A DNA stretch of 64,000 bases from Pseudomonadota bacterium (GCA_027491115.1 JAIXWV010000016.1:10657-74656), one strand, 5' to 3'; positions 17,230 to 26,084 are shown, counted from the first letter of the stretch. Notes: generated from the sequence alone by a model not told the origin. Program-made: numbers and translations.

Positions 17230-18603
17230 ATGAAATCCATTCAAACTTTGATTGCAGCCTTCCTCGCACTGTCTCTCGCCAATCCCGCTTCTGCGGTGAC
17301 CATCGCGGTGATCGATTCGGGGACCGACCTCAAGCACAACGAACTCAAGAACAAGAAGTGGTTGAACCCACGCGATATCGATGACGCCGTCGACAATGAC
17401 GACAACGGATATATTGATGACATCAGCGGTTGGAACTTCGCCGAAGGCAACAATAAGCTTATCGACAAGCAGTACTTGGGCACCTTCTCGAAAGACATCT
17501 ACAAGTTCTTCGAGATCCAGACCAAGTTCATGAAAGGGACCGCTTCCCAGGAAGAGATTTCCTGGATGCGTGCCAAGGTTCAAGAACCGGCTTTCCGCTC
17601 CGAACTCGGCGTTTTTGGGAACTTTGTTCACGGGACGCACGTGGCGGGTATCGCCGCGAAGGACTCTGCCGGCGCCAAGATCATGGGTCTCAAGATCATT
17701 CCAACCAAGGCACCGACTATTGGTGGTGGCGGACGGGGTCAAGGCTCCGATCTCGGTTACTTCCAGCCTCAGGCAGGAAGCACCCCGGAGAAGATCCTGA
17801 AGGCCGGTCTGAAGCTTCTGGCTTCCCAGCAGGCAAAGGCGCTTGCTCCGGTTGGGAAGTATGTGGCTGATCAGAAGGCCCGCCTGGCGAACTGCTCGTT
17901 CGGAACTAGCACCCGCGCAGCCAGCGGATTGGTTGCTCCGATCCTGAAGGCGGTTCTCCGTCGTGATCCGACCCCCGAAGAAGTCACCCAGTACGCGGTG
18001 TATTTTGTGAACGAAGTGGTCAGTGCCGCGAAGGTCCTGGTCGCCTCCAAGGGAACTTTCTTTTTGATCGCAGCTGGAAACGACGGAATGGATAACGACG
18101 TTTATCCGACCTCCCCGGCAAACGTGAAGCAAGAGAACACCCTCACCGTGGCGGCCACCCTCGGGTACGACCGTCTGGCCAACTTCTCGAACTTCGGCGC
18201 CAAAATGGTCGATCTAGCAGCTCCGGGAGTGGGGATCCTTTCCACCGTTCCTGGTAATGAGTATGTCGAAGTGAGCGGTACCTCGCAAGCGACTCCGTTC
18301 GTGGCGAATGTGGCCGGTCAGGTGCTCGACACCAACCCTGCCATCACCAATCTGGACCTGAAGAAGATCCTGATGGCCACCGCGGACTTCAAGGATTTCC
18401 TCCGTGGCAAAGTCGCTTCGGGCGGGATCGTCAACCTGAACCGCGCAGTCGCTGCTGCCCGTCTTTCCCGGACCATGCAGCTTGCGGACGCGATTCAATC
18501 TGCACGCGTGCAGGTGAGCGATGTGAACACCCGCCGTTTCGAAAGCTTCGGCGAAGTGAAGCGCGAAGGTTACGTCCTCCCGCTTCCAGGCTTGTTTTAC
18601 TGA
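17230..18603 (+). CDS. secreted subtilisin-like serine peptidase (S8 family)
   Basis: RBS AGGAGG; signal peptide; catalytic-triad blocks VIDSGTD (Asp), HGTHVAGIAA (His), GTSQATPFVAN (Ser). Confidence 0.8.
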   Translation: MKSIQTLIAAFLALSLANPASAVTIAVIDSGTDLKHNELKNKKWLNPRDIDDAVDNDDNGYIDDISGWNFAEGNNKLIDKQYLGTFSKDIYKFFEIQTKFMKGTASQEEISWMRAKVQEPAFRSELGVFGNFVHGTHVAGIAAKDSAGAKIMGLKIIPTKAPTIGGGGRGQGSDLGYFQPQAGSTPEKILKAGLKLLASQQAKALAPVGKYVADQKARLANCSFGTSTRAASGLVAPILKAVLRRDPTPEEVTQYAVYFVNEVVSAAKVLVASKGTFFLIAAGNDGMDNDVYPTSPANVKQENTLTVAATLGYDRLANFSNFGAKMVDLAAPGVGILSTVPGNEYVEVSGTSQATPFVANVAGQVLDTNPAITNLDLKKILMATADFKDFLRGKVASGGIVNLNRAVAAARLSRTMQLADAIQSARVQVSDVNTRRFESFGEVKREGYVLPLPGLFY

Positions 18604-20306
18604 CCTGAAACGTTCTCGAAGCGTCCGTCGATCCCGGCCTGAAGCAGGGTGGGGTTGCGGAGCAGAGCTTCGACAATCAATTCTCGATGAATGCCGGGCG
18701 TGGAGTTCACCTCCACGCCCGCAAGCATTTTATAGCCGCTACCACCGGCAGCCAGGAAGTCGAGAGTCGCCATGCTGAAGGTCTCCGTGCCAGCGACTTC
18801 AATGGATTGGGCGCGATCGTAGAGGAGTCTTCCGGAGCGGGTTTCCACTCGAATGAGGCGCGCTTCCGGGTCGAGATCCCTGGCTTGCGGGCCGTTCCCG
18901 CAGGCCCGCGAATAGCGGATTTTGAGGCCACTCAGAGCGAGCGTCCCGTAGCGTCCGCAAGTTTGGATGGCGGTTTCGAGCGCTGACTTCAAGATCGACC
19001 ACGGCATTTTCCGGATGATCACCGCCTGGTTCTGGAAGGGGAGCACACGGAACAGGTCCTCGTAACGTATCTCTCCGGCAGGAAGGGGTGCCCGGATGCC
19101 TCCGGTGTTCAAGAGGGCCAGTTCGGTGCCGAGGGCGTCACGGAGGGCATCGCTCAGCAGGTTCCCGAGTGCGCTCTCTGATATCCGGTTCCCTTGGGTT
19201 TGGGTTGCCAGTTTGCCGAGCTTGCGGTCAGCCAATGGCGCAACCTTGGCGCGTGCGCTTTTCACAATGGTCTCGACAGCCGGATCCGGTGCGATTTGAT
19301 CCGTGATGGAGATCCCCACGGAGGCTTTCGAGTCACTCTGGATCACGGTTCGGGTATCCGGGTCGAAGATGAGGTCCACGCGGCCGTAGGCCTTTCCGTT
19401 CGCGCCGTCCTGAACCACATGGACCCCTCCTGCGAGATCATCGTGCACGAAGTGAGTGTGTCCGGCCGCCACCAGATGAACGCCGTCCGCACGCCGGGAG
19501 TGGATCGCCTCGGCGAGCTCGGAGGCTTCCTTGCTGTTCTTCGCATTTCCTTGATGGATCATGAGTACGAATACGTCCGCCTGGCCTTCGAGCGAGGCAC
19601 GCACCTCAAGATAGGACTCCAGCACGTCCCGGAAACAGAGATCGCTGACGTTCTCAGGAGTGGTCATGGAGGCGGTCGCAGGATGATCGAGTCCGATCAG
19701 CGCCACACGGACGCCACCTTTTTCAAGGATCACATAAGGCTTCAGAAAGCCGGGGCGTTCGGCGTGAGTGAAGTCCAAGGGCTCCGTTGGAGTCTGATTG
19801 CTCGGCCGGCATTGGCTGTCGAGGGGAATCGCGCGGTTCCCGGCACGGATACTGGATTTGATATAGGTGTTGGCCGAAAGAAGGGGAAACTTTGCGATGC
19901 CGGAGAGTTTCTCGATCACTTCGCGAGGATTGTCGCTCGTGTTTCCGGGTGAAACTTTGTCGTAGAGCCAGCCGATCGGACCGAAATCGTAATCGTGATT
20001 CCCCGGGACAGCGGCATCGTAACCGATCGCATTCATGGCGCGGAAAAGACTTTCGCCCTCGTCGTAGTTGCTGATCAGCGTGCCTTGGAATTGGTCTCCG
20101 GAATCGAGGATGAAAAGGGGAGACTCTTTCCGGATTTCCTGGGCGATGGTGCTCAAGCGGGACAGTGGCTCGAGACTCCCGTGCAGATCGTTGGTCAGAA
20201 GAAAGGAGATCTTCTTCGGTGGAGCCGCATGGGAGAGTGTGGAGCACAGCAAGCCAAGGGTCAGGCAAAGAGAGAGGGTGGATCCAAGATTCATGCGGCG
20301 CATCAT
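18597..20306 (-). CDS. secreted bifunctional metallophosphatase / 5'-nucleotidase (UshA-like)
   Basis: Signal peptide; calcineurin-like motifs NDLHGSL and GNHDYDFG; 569 aa; C-terminal 5'-nucleotidase region; 7-bp convergent overlap with the S8 gene. Confidence 0.7.
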   Translation of the reverse strand: MMRRMNLGSTLSLCLTLGLLCSTLSHAAPPKKISFLLTNDLHGSLEPLSRLSTIAQEIRKESPLFILDSGDQFQGTLISNYDEGESLFRAMNAIGYDAAVPGNHDYDFGPIGWLYDKVSPGNTSDNPREVIEKLSGIAKFPLLSANTYIKSSIRAGNRAIPLDSQCRPSNQTPTEPLDFTHAERPGFLKPYVILEKGGVRVALIGLDHPATASMTTPENVSDLCFRDVLESYLEVRASLEGQADVFVLMIHQGNAKNSKEASELAEAIHSRRADGVHLVAAGHTHFVHDDLAGGVHVVQDGANGKAYGRVDLIFDPDTRTVIQSDSKASVGISITDQIAPDPAVETIVKSARAKVAPLADRKLGKLATQTQGNRISESALGNLLSDALRDALGTELALLNTGGIRAPLPAGEIRYEDLFRVLPFQNQAVIIRKMPWSILKSALETAIQTCGRYGTLALSGLKIRYSRACGNGPQARDLDPEARLIRVETRSGRLLYDRAQSIEVAGTETFSMATLDFLAAGGSGYKMLAGVEVNSTPGIHRELIVEALLRNPTLLQAGIDGRFENVSGQ

Positions 20307-20390
20307 ACTTCAGACCGAGTCAACGGTCAAGGCCTTGAAAACATTGGAGTTAGGGGTCAATCAGGGCAAAAAGGTAAAGAAAACGGACAG

Positions 20391-22196
20391 ATGAGCCGAA
20401 AAGAACCTGTCATGACAGACTCCAATTCAGACTCACCCTCTTCCGCTCACAAGATTCTCGAGATCTCGCCGGTCACGTCCAGTGAAGGCGGCGACTCGCA
20501 AGGTGACCTCATCAGTCGGATGAAGCGTGAGATCAAGACTCTGAAGGGCAAAGTGACCTCTCAGGACATCCGCATTTTTGAAATGCAAGCCCTCCTTCAA
20601 TCCGGCAAGGGCCTCAGTAACATTCTCAATCTTCCGCAGCTCCTCGACACCTTCATGGCCGTGGTCCGCGAACGCTATGACGTGGTGAACTCCAGTGTGC
20701 TGCTCAAAGAGGATTTCGAAAACGGAGAGCGCGAGTTCTTCCAGATGAAGCGCTACTTCGGGGTCGACGACCATTATGAAGACGATACCGGGCGCCGTGA
20801 ACCGCTTTATTTGTTCAGGATCGAGAAAAACAACGGATTGCTCTGGCAGTTGATCCAGCAAGGAAATGTGTTCTCGGTTCGGAACCTCCAAAAGGAGCCT
20901 CGGTTTATCACGGCCTGGGAAAAGCACAATCTCGATGCGCTCCATTCGGATTTTTGGTGCCCGCTGATCAAGAGCGGCGAGGTGATCGGCATTCTCACGC
21001 TCGGCGAGCGTCGGGATGGAACCCAGATCCCGGAGAGTGATTATTCCTTCGTCCAGGAGCTGGCCTCGATCGCCACGACCATCATCGACTCGACACTCAG
21101 GTACGAGAAGAACCAACGCATCCTGAACAACATCCAGATCCTTTACGAGTTCCATCAACAGATGGCGGGAATCACCGACATCCGCGAGCTTTGCAAGCAA
21201 ACCATTCGTGATGCCGTCAAAGCAGTCCGTGCCCAAAAGGGTAATCTCATGCTGCTCAATCGCAACACCGGGAAGCTCGAGCTTGCGGTGGCCTGGGGCC
21301 ACATCGACGAGGCGATCCTGGATGACATCAATTCAGGCAAAATCGGGACCAAGCATTTCGAGCTCGGAGAAGGTGCCGCCGGAAAGGCAGCCCAATCCCG
21401 TAAGCCGATCGTGCTCAACAACAAAGACGAGATCGATCAGATCGGTGATTTCGAGACCCATTGCATTTGTTCGGTTCCTGTTCTGAACGGTGGACAACTC
21501 GAAGGTGTGCTCAATTTTTCAAACAAAGTGCACATCGGAGTCGATGGGAAGCCGGTACTCGACATCCTCGGACGCTTCACCCGCGAGGATCTGAGTCTCT
21601 TGCAGGGGATCGCGGACCAGTCTGCGGTGAGTATCCACAAGTCGAGACTGTACGCCGCTTCGATCACGGACCGGCTCACCGGGTTGAACAACGCTCGGTA
21701 TTTCGAAGAGTCCTACTACGAGTTGGTGGGCAAGGCGGTGCTCGAAAACAAGCCGCTGACTCTTGCACTGCTGGATATCGATCACTTCAAAAAATTCAAC
21801 GACACTTACGGACACAAGGCCGGCGATCACGTTCTGCGGTCGGTGGGACAGCTGTTCGCAGCCTGCAGGCGTGAGGGCCTGGGGGACATCGCCTACCGCT
21901 ATGGAGGCGAAGAGTTTTGCATGATTCTACAGAACACCCCGGTCGAGGAGGCCTTGCTGGTGTTCGAGGCCTTCCGGCAGCAGGTGGAGTCGCATGAATT
22001 CGAGTTCGAAGGCAAGCAGCTCAAGGTGACCGTGTCGATCGGGCTCGCCCAGACGGGGCTCAATTCCAACGATCCTCGCACCCTCTTCACCCTGACGGAC
22101 GATGCCCTATATGATTGCAAGCGAGGCGGACGGAACTGTGTGACGATCTCCAAACGCACCGGTGTGGTCGGTACTCCGGAATCCGAGTCCGCTTGA
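20391..22196 (+). CDS. diguanylate cyclase with N-terminal GAF domains (GAF-GAF-GGDEF)
   Basis: C-terminal GGDEF domain with intact active site RYGGEEF and substrate-binding blocks (LALLDIDHFKKFNDTYGH); two GAF-like regions; start chosen at the ATG that lies past the convergent nucleotidase gene. Confidence 0.7.
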   Translation: MSRKEPVMTDSNSDSPSSAHKILEISPVTSSEGGDSQGDLISRMKREIKTLKGKVTSQDIRIFEMQALLQSGKGLSNILNLPQLLDTFMAVVRERYDVVNSSVLLKEDFENGEREFFQMKRYFGVDDHYEDDTGRREPLYLFRIEKNNGLLWQLIQQGNVFSVRNLQKEPRFITAWEKHNLDALHSDFWCPLIKSGEVIGILTLGERRDGTQIPESDYSFVQELASIATTIIDSTLRYEKNQRILNNIQILYEFHQQMAGITDIRELCKQTIRDAVKAVRAQKGNLMLLNRNTGKLELAVAWGHIDEAILDDINSGKIGTKHFELGEGAAGKAAQSRKPIVLNNKDEIDQIGDFETHCICSVPVLNGGQLEGVLNFSNKVHIGVDGKPVLDILGRFTREDLSLLQGIADQSAVSIHKSRLYAASITDRLTGLNNARYFEESYYELVGKAVLENKPLTLALLDIDHFKKFNDTYGHKAGDHVLRSVGQLFAACRREGLGDIAYRYGGEEFCMILQNTPVEEALLVFEAFRQQVESHEFEFEGKQLKVTVSIGLAQTGLNSNDPRTLFTLTDDALYDCKRGGRNCVTISKRTGVVGTPESESA

Positions 22197-22366
22197 CGCC
22201 TGTCTGAAGTTTAGACACTTTGGGTTCCTGGCGGGTGGGGGACCTGTTTGTCGATTGGTTGAAAACACAGGCTTTTTGCTCCGCGTTAGTCTTGGCATGT
22301 CGCTTGCTTTCTATAGGAAGCAGAAGCGGCCGAACCCCCCTAACCCCCTCAAAAGGCACGCTTTTT

Positions 22367-22407
22367 CGGGCCCGATCTCCCCCCCTGGGATCGGGCCCAT
22401 TCTTTTT
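22367..22407 (+). terminator. rho-independent terminator after the GGDEF gene
   Basis: Perfect 10-bp stem GGGCCCGATC/GATCGGGCCC followed by ATTCTTTTTT. Confidence 0.65.
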
Positions 22408-22473
22408 TCCATTGAAAGATCCCTCCGAATCCTCGACTCTGTGGTTCTCTCAAAAAAGGAAAGGGAATGAACC

Positions 22474-22674
22474 ATGACCGAAGGTACTCCTGAAAAAGAA
22501 GTGTTGATTGTCGCGTCCAAGCTGAAGAACTACATCCGGACCAAGTCTGGAATGAATACTTCCGCTGCGGTGGTGGATGTTCTCTCGGACAAGATTCGGG
22601 AACTCTGCGACCAAGCAGTGGAAGCCGCCCGCCGTGACGGTCGTAAGACCGTGATGGATCGCGACTTCGGCTGA
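22474..22674 (+). CDS. bacterial histone-fold protein (DUF1931; Bdellovibrio HBb/Bd0055-like nucleoid histone)
   Basis: RBS AAAGGAAAGGGAA; 66 aa; VLIVASKLKNYIRTKSGMNTSAAVVDVLSDKIRELCDQAVEAARRDGRKTVMDRD matches the pseudodimeric-histone-like DUF1931 pattern as I recall it for Bdellovibrio HBb. Confidence 0.7.
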   Translation: MTEGTPEKEVLIVASKLKNYIRTKSGMNTSAAVVDVLSDKIRELCDQAVEAARRDGRKTVMDRDFG

Positions 22675-22701
22675 ACCGTCGCTATCAAAAACATTCAATC
22701 T

Positions 22702-22744
22702 GGAAGCCCCGTCACCTGATCAAGGAACGGGGCTTCCTTTTTTC
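22702..22744. terminator. bidirectional rho-independent terminator between the HBb-like gene and the OsmC-like gene
   Basis: 11-bp perfect stem GGAAGCCCCGT/ACGGGGCTTCC; T-runs on both sides. Confidence 0.65.
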
Positions 22745-22754
22745 AGCGTTCGAT

Positions 22755-23162
22755 TTACCAGTGAAGAGTCTTTTTCACTTCAGGGTGGAGCGAGAGTGCC
22801 ACCGGGCAAGCCATCGCCGAACGCTTCAGAGATTCCATTTGTTCGGGAGTGGTTCGGGTCTCGAGTCCGTTCCAGTCGAACTCGAGGACGATCTCAGCAA
22901 CTCGTCTGGGCGGAGCGGGACTCATGATTTTGGTGATCCCGACACCGACCCCACTCAGATCGATGCCCAAGGCCTTGGCTTTGATACCCATGATGGTGAG
23001 TTTGCAGGTGGCCAAACTGGTGCAGAGGAGGTCGGTCGGAGAAAACTGCGACCCTTGACCTTGATTGTCTTTCGGTGCGTCCGTCAGGATGCGGGTTCCT
23101 GAATCCGCGTGATCGGTTTCACAGCGTAGGGTTCCTAGGTAGCGGGCGTTCATTTTCGACAT
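22755..23162 (-). CDS. OsmC/Ohr-family peroxiredoxin-like protein
   Basis: AGGAGG 5 nt upstream of the ATG at 23162; two conserved Cys (LCTSLATCK...AMACPV) typical of OsmC. Confidence 0.7.
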   Translation of the reverse strand: MSKMNARYLGTLRCETDHADSGTRILTDAPKDNQGQGSQFSPTDLLCTSLATCKLTIMGIKAKALGIDLSGVGVGITKIMSPAPPRRVAEIVLEFDWNGLETRTTPEQMESLKRSAMACPVALSLHPEVKKTLHW

Positions 23163-23175
23163 GGTTCCTCCTGAT

Positions 23176-24774
23176 TCAGGGTGATTCACACAAAAGCAAA
23201 GTCGGGTTGCGCTCGATCAGGCGATATCCCTCACGAATGCATTCTGTTTCCCTCCAGACCGGCGTGATCCGGAATCGAGCAGGGCGATCCTGGCAGCGGT
23301 TCTGAGCGTACTCCGGAGCGAGGGCGAGACTCAGGGTTGCGGAGAGTGGGCCTGAGTACTGGATGCAGGAATCAGCGGGATGTGCCTTGCTCCGGATCGT
23401 GCTTGCCACATCGAAAAAGGGCTTCACCATCAGTTGGTCTGCGATGGGAACCAGTGCGATGGCGACGCCTGCGTAGGCGAGGGTCGCCGCAAAAGCCGTT
23501 TTGGCAGGACTCCGAGTGAGAGTGCGTCTGAGAGTCTGGAACGAAAAGCACGAAAGCGCGGTGACCAGCAAGGCGATCTTGGAGCTCCAATCTAACGGAA
23601 ACACGCTGCCGATCCAGTTCCGGCCTTGGGGGCTGTCGGGAAGACTCTGCAGAAACAATCCGGGAGCGATCGCGAGCAGCAAGGCGAGGGTGCCGATCAG
23701 GAATACCGGCGCTGACAAGAGAAAGCCGACTCGGCGCTCAGGGATGAGTTTCGAGGATTCGATCTCAGGCAGGCTGACCAGTTTTGCAGTGAACAGGGCC
23801 AGGGCCGCCCAGGCGGGCCAAGTGTAGTGAGGGAGTTTGGTGGCGGAGAGTGTGAAAAGCAGAGCGCAAGTCAGAGCGAAAGTGAGCGAAAAGCCCCAAC
23901 GTAGCAGGTCCGGCTTTTTGCGGAACCATTGGTAGCCGAGCAAGGGGGTTAAAAAGCCTCCTCCAAAAAACAGAACGGCGAAGTGATAGACGGGCCCACC
24001 CCCGTGTGCCTCCATCGGGTTTCGGCTCCGGTCGAAGTGCTGGACCCACAAAAACTCCCGGGTGAAATCCGGCCCGAGCATTTTGTCATAAACGAGATAC
24101 ACCAACGCGGTCAGGGCCAGGCCCGGGAGAATGGCAAAGCCGAGCATCTTGAACCCTTCGGTCAGTACTCTTCTGATTCCCCATCGCCTGATGTGAAACA
24201 ACAGGTGAAGCCCGAGAGCTCCGGTGGGAATCAGGAGGCCGTTCAATCCCTTGGTGGCCGAGGCGATCGCCATCGATACCGCGACGATCAGGCCTTCCTT
24301 CCAGCTCGGACCGCGATCTTGCTCGAACCATTCCGCCGGAAAAAACAAAGCGGGGAGCAGAGCCAGGGATTGCAAGGGATCGAAAATCACCGCGACACCG
24401 GTCAGGAGGGGAAAGAGTCCACACAGAAATGCGAGCGTCGCATGCTTGCCCCCTTTGCGATGGAGCCACCACAAAATTCCGAGGCTCGAAAGGAGAGACG
24501 GAATCCGTGCGGCAGTGGAGCTGATCAGGGTTCCGGCTCCGTCGACCAAACGGCTCGCTGCCACCATCAACCAGTAGAGAACAGGAGGCTTGTGATAGAG
24601 GGGTTTCCCGTCCCATTCCAGAAGCCAAGGGTTTCCGGAAAGTTTCATTGCCGAGGCCACGCTCCGGTAGAGGGATTCGTCGAAGTCAAAAGTCGGGGCC
24701 CGGTACAGGGTCCAGATCCAGAGAGCGCCAGCCAAGAGCAGGGCGGCCTGACCCGCATTCAGTCTACCGGGCAT
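23176..24774 (-). CDS. ArnT-like membrane glycosyltransferase (GT39/GT83 family; polyprenol-phosphate-sugar dependent)
   Basis: 532 aa with about 12 TM segments; N-terminal DESLYRSVASAM and LYHKPPVLYWLMV motifs typical of ArnT/PMT-type transferases; overlaps the upstream GT2 gene by 11 bp. Confidence 0.65.
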   Translation of the reverse strand: MPGRLNAGQAALLLAGALWIWTLYRAPTFDFDESLYRSVASAMKLSGNPWLLEWDGKPLYHKPPVLYWLMVAASRLVDGAGTLISSTAARIPSLLSSLGILWWLHRKGGKHATLAFLCGLFPLLTGVAVIFDPLQSLALLPALFFPAEWFEQDRGPSWKEGLIVAVSMAIASATKGLNGLLIPTGALGLHLLFHIRRWGIRRVLTEGFKMLGFAILPGLALTALVYLVYDKMLGPDFTREFLWVQHFDRSRNPMEAHGGGPVYHFAVLFFGGGFLTPLLGYQWFRKKPDLLRWGFSLTFALTCALLFTLSATKLPHYTWPAWAALALFTAKLVSLPEIESSKLIPERRVGFLLSAPVFLIGTLALLLAIAPGLFLQSLPDSPQGRNWIGSVFPLDWSSKIALLVTALSCFSFQTLRRTLTRSPAKTAFAATLAYAGVAIALVPIADQLMVKPFFDVASTIRSKAHPADSCIQYSGPLSATLSLALAPEYAQNRCQDRPARFRITPVWRETECIREGYRLIERNPTLLLCESP

Positions 24775-25519
24775 CGGGAATCCGGGTCAGGATCACCCGG
24801 AACCTCATTTGCAAAACCCGCAGGAACATCTCGATGCCGTCTTTCAGTGGACTGATCCGGCTGCCCTCCTGGTGTTCCCAGTCGACCGGAATTTCACGGA
24901 TGCTTAGTCGAGCCTTCACGGCAAATAACAAAAGCTCCACGTCCCAGGCGAATCGTCTGACTTTGAGGAGGGGTAAAAATCGAATGAGGCTCGGACGGTG
25001 GAGTAGTTTGAATCCACACTGGGTGTCTTTGAAGGGGAGTCCGGTCACCAGGCGGACGGCGAGATTGAACAGTCGACCGAGGTTTTCTCTGAGGCTCGAC
25101 TGGCGTACCGCACGGTGGCTCTCGGGAAGATCGCGTGAGCCCATGGCGATCTCACATAAGGTCTCTTCGTTGCGGAGGCAGGCATCTTTCAATTTGGTAA
25201 ATTGGTTCCAGGGAGTTGCCGAATCAGCGTCTGCAATGAGACACCACTCACCTTGTGCTTCCCGGAGCCCAACGTGAATCGCATTTCCTTTGCCCTGATT
25301 CGGGCTCACTCGTACGACTCGAACCTCGGGCAGGAGGTCGCGTGCTTTTTCAGAAACGGCTGCGGTGCTGTCCTTCGAGCCATCATCAATGATGAGGATC
25401 TCGATCAAATTCACTCCCGAAAACACCTGTGACTCCTTAGCTTGTTGGAGGAGTTCGAAAGTACGAGGTAGTCGAGCGGCTTCATTGTATGCCGGCAGGA
25501 CCAGGGACAGGGTTTTCAT
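24764..25519 (-). CDS. GT2 polyprenol-phosphate glycosyltransferase (ArnC / dolichol-phosphate-mannose synthase-like)
   Basis: LSLVLPAYNEA, IIDDGSKD and LIADADS (DXD) motifs; 251 aa, soluble GT-A fold; operon with the ArnT-like gene. Confidence 0.7.
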   Translation of the reverse strand: MKTLSLVLPAYNEAARLPRTFELLQQAKESQVFSGVNLIEILIIDDGSKDSTAAVSEKARDLLPEVRVVRVSPNQGKGNAIHVGLREAQGEWCLIADADSATPWNQFTKLKDACLRNEETLCEIAMGSRDLPESHRAVRQSSLRENLGRLFNLAVRLVTGLPFKDTQCGFKLLHRPSLIRFLPLLKVRRFAWDVELLLFAVKARLSIREIPVDWEHQEGSRISPLKDGIEMFLRVLQMRFRVILTRIPDAR

Positions 25520-25617
25520 GCTAAAATATTGGAATTACTCAGTAAAAAAATAAAGCGATTTCTTTGAAATATTAGTTGACCGAAACGGTTGCCTATGTGA
25601 TTCTGGTTTCACGGAGG

Positions 25618-25941
25618 ACGTATGAGAGAAAACGCAGCACGTAAGCTGTCTCAATACGCGAAGGACGAAAAGGAAGAGGTCCACTGCGCGGGGCCACCAC
25701 GCTAGTGACCGCATGAGTGAGCTACCAGGCGTCGGTAGACCTCATGAACCGCTGTGTCAGGCCTGGCCGGGTCAGACAGCTGCGGCTCAAGTTCGAAAAA
25801 CTGAATAGTGATGCGAGGGGGACTCCAAGGGTAGGGAGCCGATAGAATAAACAACTGGCGATGATCCACCCCAACCCCCCTGAATAGTAGTCGTGATGAC
25901 TCTAAGGGCCCGGACCGATGTCCGGGCCCTTTTTTTGTTTT
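25618..25941 (+). ncRNA. candidate ~320-nt structured sRNA (or short-ORF mRNA) ending in a strong intrinsic terminator; identity unknown
   Basis: 565-bp gap with no ORF of 60 aa or more; possible -35 TTGACC (25576) / -10 GATTCT (25599); internal hairpins; terminator at 25906..25941; includes a 27-aa ORF (25622..25705) with a GGAGG RBS. Confidence 0.3.
25906..25941 (+). terminator. rho-independent terminator (GGGCCCGGAC-CGAT-GTCCGGGCCC + T7GT4)
   Basis: Perfect 10-bp GC stem, 4-nt loop, long U-tract on the + strand only. Confidence 0.8.
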
Positions 25942-26084
25942 GGCAATACCTGTAAGTTATTGAAATCACGATTTTTGACGCCCCACTGAATTCCCAAGAC
26001 CAGCGCTTGCCTTTTCCCGCCATTTAAGGGAAAACTTCCCTCGGATAGGGTGTCATTTTTTTAGCACCATTGGGGGACTGCATC

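Noticed and set aside
19995-20390. 132-codon in-frame N-terminal extension of the GGDEF ORF
   Set aside because: It lies entirely antisense to the 3' half of the well-supported 5'-nucleotidase gene. The first ATG beyond that gene (20391) gives a sensible N-terminus, and the open frame is what a GC-rich antisense strand produces.
25520-25941. Assignment of the intergenic transcript to RNase P RNA, SRP RNA, tmRNA or 6S RNA
   Set aside because: Manual search found none of the defining motifs: no GGAAAGUCCGGGC or ACAGAANCCGGCUUA (RNase P), no GUCAGGUCCGGAAGGAAGCAGC (SRP), no tRNA-like ACCA end or ANDENYALAA-type tag frame (tmRNA). It is left as an unclassified candidate.
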